Source: Acholeplasmataceae bacterium (GTDB lineage Bacteria > Bacillota_I > Bacilli_A > Acholeplasmatales > Acholeplasmataceae). Taken from it: a stretch of DNA of 64,000 bases. Below, one piece after another: positions 59,240-64,000 of this stretch. Below the pieces are notes generated by a model. That model was not told the origin of the DNA. It ran no database searches and saw only the letters and a list, made by a program, of their open reading frames with translations. The DNA lies in the NCBI GenBank assembly GCA_963675245.1, contig OY775910.1, positions 576,001 through 640,000 on the forward strand, given 5' to 3'. How positions within the stretch are numbered: the stretch's first letter is position 1; each line of letters begins with the position of its first letter. Position numbers and translations under genes: made by a program.

Positions 59240-60400
59240 ATGATCTATATCGGCATCGATATTTCAAAGTACAAGCATGACTGTTTCATCGCCACCGAAA
59301 CAGTTAGCCATCAGTTCTCATTTGAGAACAGTCAGTCTGGGTTTAAAGAACTATTAGGATACTTTAACTCTTTAGTCAAGCAAGAAATGATAATAGGCTT
59401 AGAGGCCACAGGTCATTATGGAGAAAACCTTAAGTCATTTCTTATCCTCCATGGATATTCATTCATGGAGATTAATCCTTTTCTCGTGAAGAAGTTTGGA
59501 GAAGCCCATTCACTGAGAAAAACAAAGACGGATAAGAAAGATGCACAAATGATTTCAACTTATATGAGATCTGTAGACTACAAAGCCTATCATCATCAAT
59601 CTTATCATATAAGTGCTTTAAAATCACTGACCAGGTTACGTTTTAAACTCATCTCAATTCGGACGAAACACTACAATATGATGACCAAGGTCTTAGATGT
59701 CATCTTTCCTGAATTCAAACCTTTTATGCAAGAACAAGGCTATAGTGATACATCTTTATACATCTTGAAGCGCTTTTCATCACCGGATAAAATAGCAAGG
59801 ATGACTGATGACCACTTCGATAAGCTTCGTAAACGATCGATGGGTAAATTCAATTATCCGAAGTTTGTTAAACTGAAGGAACTCGCAAAATCAACCATTG
59901 GTGTGACACAAGATCATCAACTATTCAAACTTAAGACTTCAATTTCTTATGTTGAGAAACTCAATCAAGATATCGAAGAAACTGAGAAACAGATCACTTC
60001 TTTAATGCATCGATATCCAACTAAGATTCAAACCATTAAAGGTATCGGAATCATTTCAGCAGCTGTCATCGTTTCAGAATATGGTGATATTTCACTTTTC
60101 TCCAATCCCGCTGAAATGTTATCCTATGCAGGTCTGGATTCAACCATCAGACAGTCTGGCACCATGTCTTCAACAGGTAAACTGGTTAAACGTGGCAGCA
60201 AGTACCTAAGAGCAACACTCATCAATATCTCAATGATGGTTATGATCTATAACCCCGTCTTCTACGACTACTACACCAAGAAGAAACAAGAGGGTAAACA
60301 TCATCGTGTCGCACTGGTTCATCTTTCAAAAAAACTCATTAGAGTCATTCATCATCTCGAAACACATCAGGAAGATTTTGATTCCTCTAAACTACAATAA
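59240..60400 (+). CDS. IS110 family transposase/recombinase
   Basis: DEDD RuvC-like GIDISK, GLEATG, KTDKKDA; C-terminal IKGIG, YAGL, QSG and KRGSKYLR. Confidence 0.96.
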   Translation: MIYIGIDISKYKHDCFIATETVSHQFSFENSQSGFKELLGYFNSLVKQEMIIGLEATGHYGENLKSFLILHGYSFMEINPFLVKKFGEAHSLRKTKTDKKDAQMISTYMRSVDYKAYHHQSYHISALKSLTRLRFKLISIRTKHYNMMTKVLDVIFPEFKPFMQEQGYSDTSLYILKRFSSPDKIARMTDDHFDKLRKRSMGKFNYPKFVKLKELAKSTIGVTQDHQLFKLKTSISYVEKLNQDIEETEKQITSLMHRYPTKIQTIKGIGIISAAVIVSEYGDISLFSNPAEMLSYAGLDSTIRQSGTMSSTGKLVKRGSKYLRATLINISMMVMIYNPVFYDYYTKKKQEGKHHRVALVHLSKKLIRVIHHLETHQEDFDSSKLQ

Positions 60401-60525
60401 TTGATTCCTTAAACTGTGGCGGTTAAGTCATAAAATCATCCAGTTATATGGCTAACCTCTAAAAATTATGGCTATTGGAGGTTTTTACAGTTTATCTACT
60501 AAAAGTACTTGACTTTTAATAGTTA

Positions 60526-60575
60526 GTCACCTCAAAGTTATTGTATCATATTTTCGTTTGAAATTATGTTGCTAT
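60526..60575 (-). promoter_or_regulatory. Displaced native SD and probable promoter of glnS
   Basis: Minus strand TAGCAA..N17-18..TATGAT, then GAGGTGA (60527-60533) with no start codon following except across the IS. Confidence 0.6.
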
Positions 60576-60604
60576 CATAAAGAAAAATACCCCGAAAGGA
60601 GTAT

Positions 60605-61540
60605 CTATTCTTCGTCGTTTATTTTAACATATTTTTTATTTTTAACAAACCGCTTTAGTGCAAAATCCACTGGATCAAGTCCCGTGTCTTTGACAATTCG
60701 TTCATAAAACATTTGTTTTTGTTCCGCCGTTCTATGCTCTAAATTCAGGATTGATTGAACTAAATGATGTTCAAATTGTTCTTGATCTCCTAAACGTTGA
60801 TGTGCTAATGCTTTGTAGTAGTGGAAATAGTCTAATAAGTAGTGCATATAATATGCTTCGCATTTTTCAATAGCGATGTTACACATTTCAACCACTTCTT
60901 CGTATTGCTCATTTCTTCCAAAGTTTTTAATCATCCAGAAATAAACGCGATATTCTGCAGTCACATTTCCACCCAAAGAGTGTCCCTTATCTCTCAAAAT
61001 ATCATACAATTTTTTTAGAATTGATTTCCTATCCTTATCGCTATATTCCATTAGAATTCCGAGCATGTATATTTCATCATCAGGGAAAGCTGATTTTTTC
61101 ATCACCCTTGGGTAATCAAGCATTTTATATATTTCGTTAATTAAATCTTCTTTTCTGATTCTTCCGGATTGTAAATCTAATATCAATTTAGAACTTCTAA
61201 ATAAATTCTCGTTAACTGTACTAATAAACACATGACTCTTCATCTTTTGATAATTTTCATACGCTTGAATGCCTTGATTAGAAGCAACCAAATTAAAAAA
61301 ACTTAAAGTGCTTTCGATTTCGTTAGCAAATTCATCGTCAAATTGATCAAGTAAACTAATAATCGAAATATTTAATTTTTCAGCAAATCTAGTAATTACT
61401 TCAAACGGGATTTCGCTTTCACCGCTACGATAGCGATAATATTGACGCTGTGATATAATACCGTCTAAGTAGTTCTCCTGGGAAATTTTTCGATCATATC
61501 TTAAATTTTCCATAAAATTTATTAATTTTAAGCTGTCCAT
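60605..61540 (-). CDS. Rgg/RRNPP-like transcriptional regulator (XRE HTH + TPR-like helical domain)
   Basis: N-terminal LRYDRKISQE...ISQRQYYRYRSGESEIPF HTH; all-helical C-terminus with TPR-like YFHYYKALAHQRLG. Confidence 0.75.
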   Translation of the reverse strand: MDSLKLINFMENLRYDRKISQENYLDGIISQRQYYRYRSGESEIPFEVITRFAEKLNISIISLLDQFDDEFANEIESTLSFFNLVASNQGIQAYENYQKMKSHVFISTVNENLFRSSKLILDLQSGRIRKEDLINEIYKMLDYPRVMKKSAFPDDEIYMLGILMEYSDKDRKSILKKLYDILRDKGHSLGGNVTAEYRVYFWMIKNFGRNEQYEEVVEMCNIAIEKCEAYYMHYLLDYFHYYKALAHQRLGDQEQFEHHLVQSILNLEHRTAEQKQMFYERIVKDTGLDPVDFALKRFVKNKKYVKINDEE

Positions 61541-61626
61541 GGGGGCTTCTCCTCGAAAAGTATGACATATCCGCCGTAGTTTTATATTAAGATATATATT
61601 ATTATATAGTTAAGGAGGGGTGAGCT

Positions 61627-61788
61627 ATGAAAAAGTTTTTATCAATTATCTTTGTCATTATCTTACTCGTAAGTACAGTATTTGTGATTTCAAGAAATTC
61701 AAACGTTAATGTTGAACCTAAAAACGACATTACTGTTGATTTCGACGATCCCGATTTTCCGCCACCAGTTAATATTAGATTATATTAA
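61627..61788 (+). CDS. 53-aa secreted peptide, putative signalling propeptide (below the ORF-track size)
   Basis: MKKFLSIIFVIILLVSTVFVISRNSNVNVEPKNDITVDFDDPDFPPPVNIRLY; strong SD AAGGAGGGGTGA; Sec-type N-terminus. Confidence 0.8.
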   Translation: MKKFLSIIFVIILLVSTVFVISRNSNVNVEPKNDITVDFDDPDFPPPVNIRLY

Positions 61789-61896
61789 TTGCGGAAACTG
61801 TTTTAAAAACGACACTGATTGACAACAAATAAATTTAATATTTCCTAATACTTAATCTAAGATTTCTGCACATATTTTATGATTTTAGATAAAGTG

Positions 61897-62045
61897 GAAT
61901 TCCCTAACACTGCTTTTACGCCTGTACAAGGTTCGATTCAATTTGTCGATCAAGGGTTTTTATGGGTGAGCCAACTTTTTCTGGTGCGCTCAGCTTATGG
62001 GATGAAGAACTCATCACTGCCAAAACTACACAACAATCCCCCTCT
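61897..62045. ncRNA. Candidate structured non-coding RNA (rod-like; family unassigned)
   Basis: Relatively GC-rich intergenic stretch with nested complementary segments (TGAGC/GCTCA, GGGTTTTT/AAGAACTC, GGAATT/AATCCC); strand ambiguous. Confidence 0.35.
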
Positions 62046-62150
62046 TATTAATAATTATTAAATAGGGAAGAAATCTTCCCATATAATTATCTTACAACAA
62101 TTTAATCTTTTTTAAAAGGTTGTAAAACCACTTTCCTTATTTACATTGGT

Positions 62151-62186
62151 GAAACAGCGCACCCTCTTTTGAAGGTGCGCTGTTTC
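62151..62186. terminator. Strong hairpin/terminator downstream of the 62237-63916 gene
   Basis: GAAACAGCGCACC...GGTGCGCTGTTTC 13-bp stem. Confidence 0.7.
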
Positions 62187-62236
62187 GCGTATTTTTATTA
62201 AATTTTCTTTCTATATTATTAATATATATATTTATC

Positions 62237-63916
62237 TTAAGGAAGTAACCCTAAAATGTCATCAAGTGACATACCAGAATCAACGAGGTCTTGAGCAAGA
62301 TCAGAGAAGAGTTGTTCTTGTTCTTCATCTGGTAATTCATCAATAGAACTAATGACTGCTTCTACTGCTGCATCCAAGTCTTCCTGTGTCGCGTTTGGAT
62401 CACTTAAATCTGCTAATAAATCATCGATATTTGTTCCTACATCACCGTATGCAGATGCATCAAATGCATCTAAAACATCGGTAACTGTGTCTTGAATGTC
62501 ACTTAATAAATTAGCATCATCAAGTCCAACATATAATCTTAATCTACTATTCATCACACTTACATCTTCAAGTGACATGCCTGATTGTTGAAGTTCTTGG
62601 TCAAAGTTCTCAATAACGATTTGACCATCTTGAATTAAATCGTTATCACCTAACAAAGTCAATATATTTCCGATGTTATCTTCACCGATTGTTACTTCAC
62701 CAGCAGTTAATGAATTTAATGCAATCACTAAATTTGAGCCATCAATTGATGGGCTTGCATCAATCTTAATGATCGTTTTAAATTCTTTTGTATTATCATT
62801 TATATCATATAATGACAATGGTAAATTAACCGTAAGCTGATCGTCTAACATTGAAAGGTATGGGACACCTGCTTTCATTTCATATTGCTCAAACAATTCT
62901 GTTTTCAATAAATAATAGGTGCCTGGATTATCAATATCTTCTGTAAATGAAGATCTCATCATATATTCCATCATGCGATTAAGTGTTAATTCGCCAAATG
63001 AAATGTATGGGTCAGTATCTGTTGTTAATAAACTAACTAATAAAGATGATGCTTTAGACTCTAAGATATCTTGAAGTTCTTGATCTGAAGTTATTCTTTG
63101 ATTGCCAACTGTGAAAGGATCTGTGTCGTCATAAGCTCTACCTAATGCTAATGATGCACTAAATTCACCTTCAGTAAAGCCAACATCAAGCATATCGTTA
63201 GCTTCTAAAAATGATAATAATGAGTTGACTAAAGCAGATTGTTGTGGGTCAGTAATTTGCTCATCTACTAAATTTTGAATGTCGATATTAACTGATCTTG
63301 TAGCAACATCAAATTCCCCTAAACCACCCAACTGTTCATTAATCATTGCTGAAATATCTTGTTGAGCAATGGTTTTTACAAGCCAGTCTGCGACTGGAAA
63401 TGCCCATGCTAATCCTAAATTCCCGATTGTTAGTTTATCTAATGTCAATGTGACATTTTCTGTCGTGACATCCAATGTAAACCTTAACAAAAGTCTTGTT
63501 CGATATGTAATACCCGCAACAAACACGTGGGCACCAGCTTCAACTTCAACAATATCGTCTTGGAATCTCATCCACGCCCCTTGTAAACCATAATACTCAG
63601 TTTTTTGGACGTATTGATCATCATCTCCACCAGAACCATCTAAGTAATTAGGGTTCATATCTAGGAACACCATATTCTTAATCATGGTGTTAGCATCAGA
63701 CTGTTCTAAGCCAAGACTAATTTCTGAAGCACTATTTGTGTTTGTCAAAAATGAATCTAATTCAGTCGTTACCATTTCGGTCAGATTAGCTGGACCAGTT
63801 GTTGTGTAATCCTCTACTGGAATGTCAACACTCTTATACATGAGCGCTAAAATGGTAACCGGAATAGCAAGAATAACTAATATTGGTAAGATAAATACTT
63901 TAAAAATAAACTTCAT
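62237..63916 (-). CDS. Hypothetical membrane-anchored acidic protein
   Basis: N-terminal TM, about 530-aa D/E-rich ectodomain; SD AGGGAG; no family recognised. Confidence 0.7.
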   Translation of the reverse strand: MKFIFKVFILPILVILAIPVTILALMYKSVDIPVEDYTTTGPANLTEMVTTELDSFLTNTNSASEISLGLEQSDANTMIKNMVFLDMNPNYLDGSGGDDDQYVQKTEYYGLQGAWMRFQDDIVEVEAGAHVFVAGITYRTRLLLRFTLDVTTENVTLTLDKLTIGNLGLAWAFPVADWLVKTIAQQDISAMINEQLGGLGEFDVATRSVNIDIQNLVDEQITDPQQSALVNSLLSFLEANDMLDVGFTEGEFSASLALGRAYDDTDPFTVGNQRITSDQELQDILESKASSLLVSLLTTDTDPYISFGELTLNRMMEYMMRSSFTEDIDNPGTYYLLKTELFEQYEMKAGVPYLSMLDDQLTVNLPLSLYDINDNTKEFKTIIKIDASPSIDGSNLVIALNSLTAGEVTIGEDNIGNILTLLGDNDLIQDGQIVIENFDQELQQSGMSLEDVSVMNSRLRLYVGLDDANLLSDIQDTVTDVLDAFDASAYGDVGTNIDDLLADLSDPNATQEDLDAAVEAVISSIDELPDEEQEQLFSDLAQDLVDSGMSLDDILGLLP

Positions 63917-64000
63917 ATGTCTCACTCCCTTATGCGTATATAATATAATTTTTTAGTGAAAACCACAATAGATATACGCTATTCTTTTAAACATCATTAA

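Larger units (their letters stand above)
58979..60525 (+). mobile_element. IS110-family insertion sequence (about 1.55 kb), TA core
   Basis: IS110 transposase inside; junctions CCATAA-TA-ACATG and AATAGT-TA-GTCACCTC; removing the element restores GAGGTGA-N5-ATG for glnS; no terminal inverted repeats or target duplication beyond the 2-nt core. Confidence 0.85.

Noticed and set aside
58979..60525. Terminal inverted repeats or target-site duplication for the IS
   Set aside because: None found beyond the 2-nt TA core, as expected for IS110
61903..61940. Minus-strand GAACCTTGTACAGG...AAGCAG...TAGGGAA resembling SRP RNA domain IV or a TPP riboswitch 3' half
   Set aside because: Lacks the SRP GNRA tetraloop stem and the TPP CUGAGA/UGAU core, and no suitable downstream gene
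61879..62061. 60-aa plus-strand ORF MILDKVEFP...
   Set aside because: No SD and no recognisable features; the region is better explained as structured non-coding sequence

Overview
AT-rich bacterial chromosome segment read with the standard code (TGA is used as a stop, e.g. purK, purM, pdxT). Gene content suggests a low-GC Bacillota/Acholeplasmatales-like organism; this is inference and no taxonomic search was run. Most of the window is housekeeping on the minus strand: a purEK-L-C-F-M-N-H-D operon under a guanine riboswitch, pdxR/pdxST, tRNA-Ser/tRNA-Glu, and a long glnS-pcrA-uvrD-like-ligA-uvrA-hprK-lgt-ppaX-trxB-whiA-acpS-tex run. Standout elements: (1) an IS110 element (58979-60525) inserted on a 2-nt TA core exactly between the Shine-Dalgarno (SD) sequence and ATG of glnS. 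Its left end holds a readable bridge-RNA-like region whose target guide is an SD sequence, and it may supply a replacement, hairpin-bridged SD for glnS. (2) An Rgg/RRNPP-like HTH-TPR regulator with a divergent, uncalled 53-aa secreted peptide gene, followed by a candidate structured ncRNA. (3) A heliorhodopsin. (4) A 1.2-kb integrase-less islet bounded by a 60-bp repeat at the tRNA-Glu 3' end. (5) A minimal UvrD-family helicase in tandem with pcrA.
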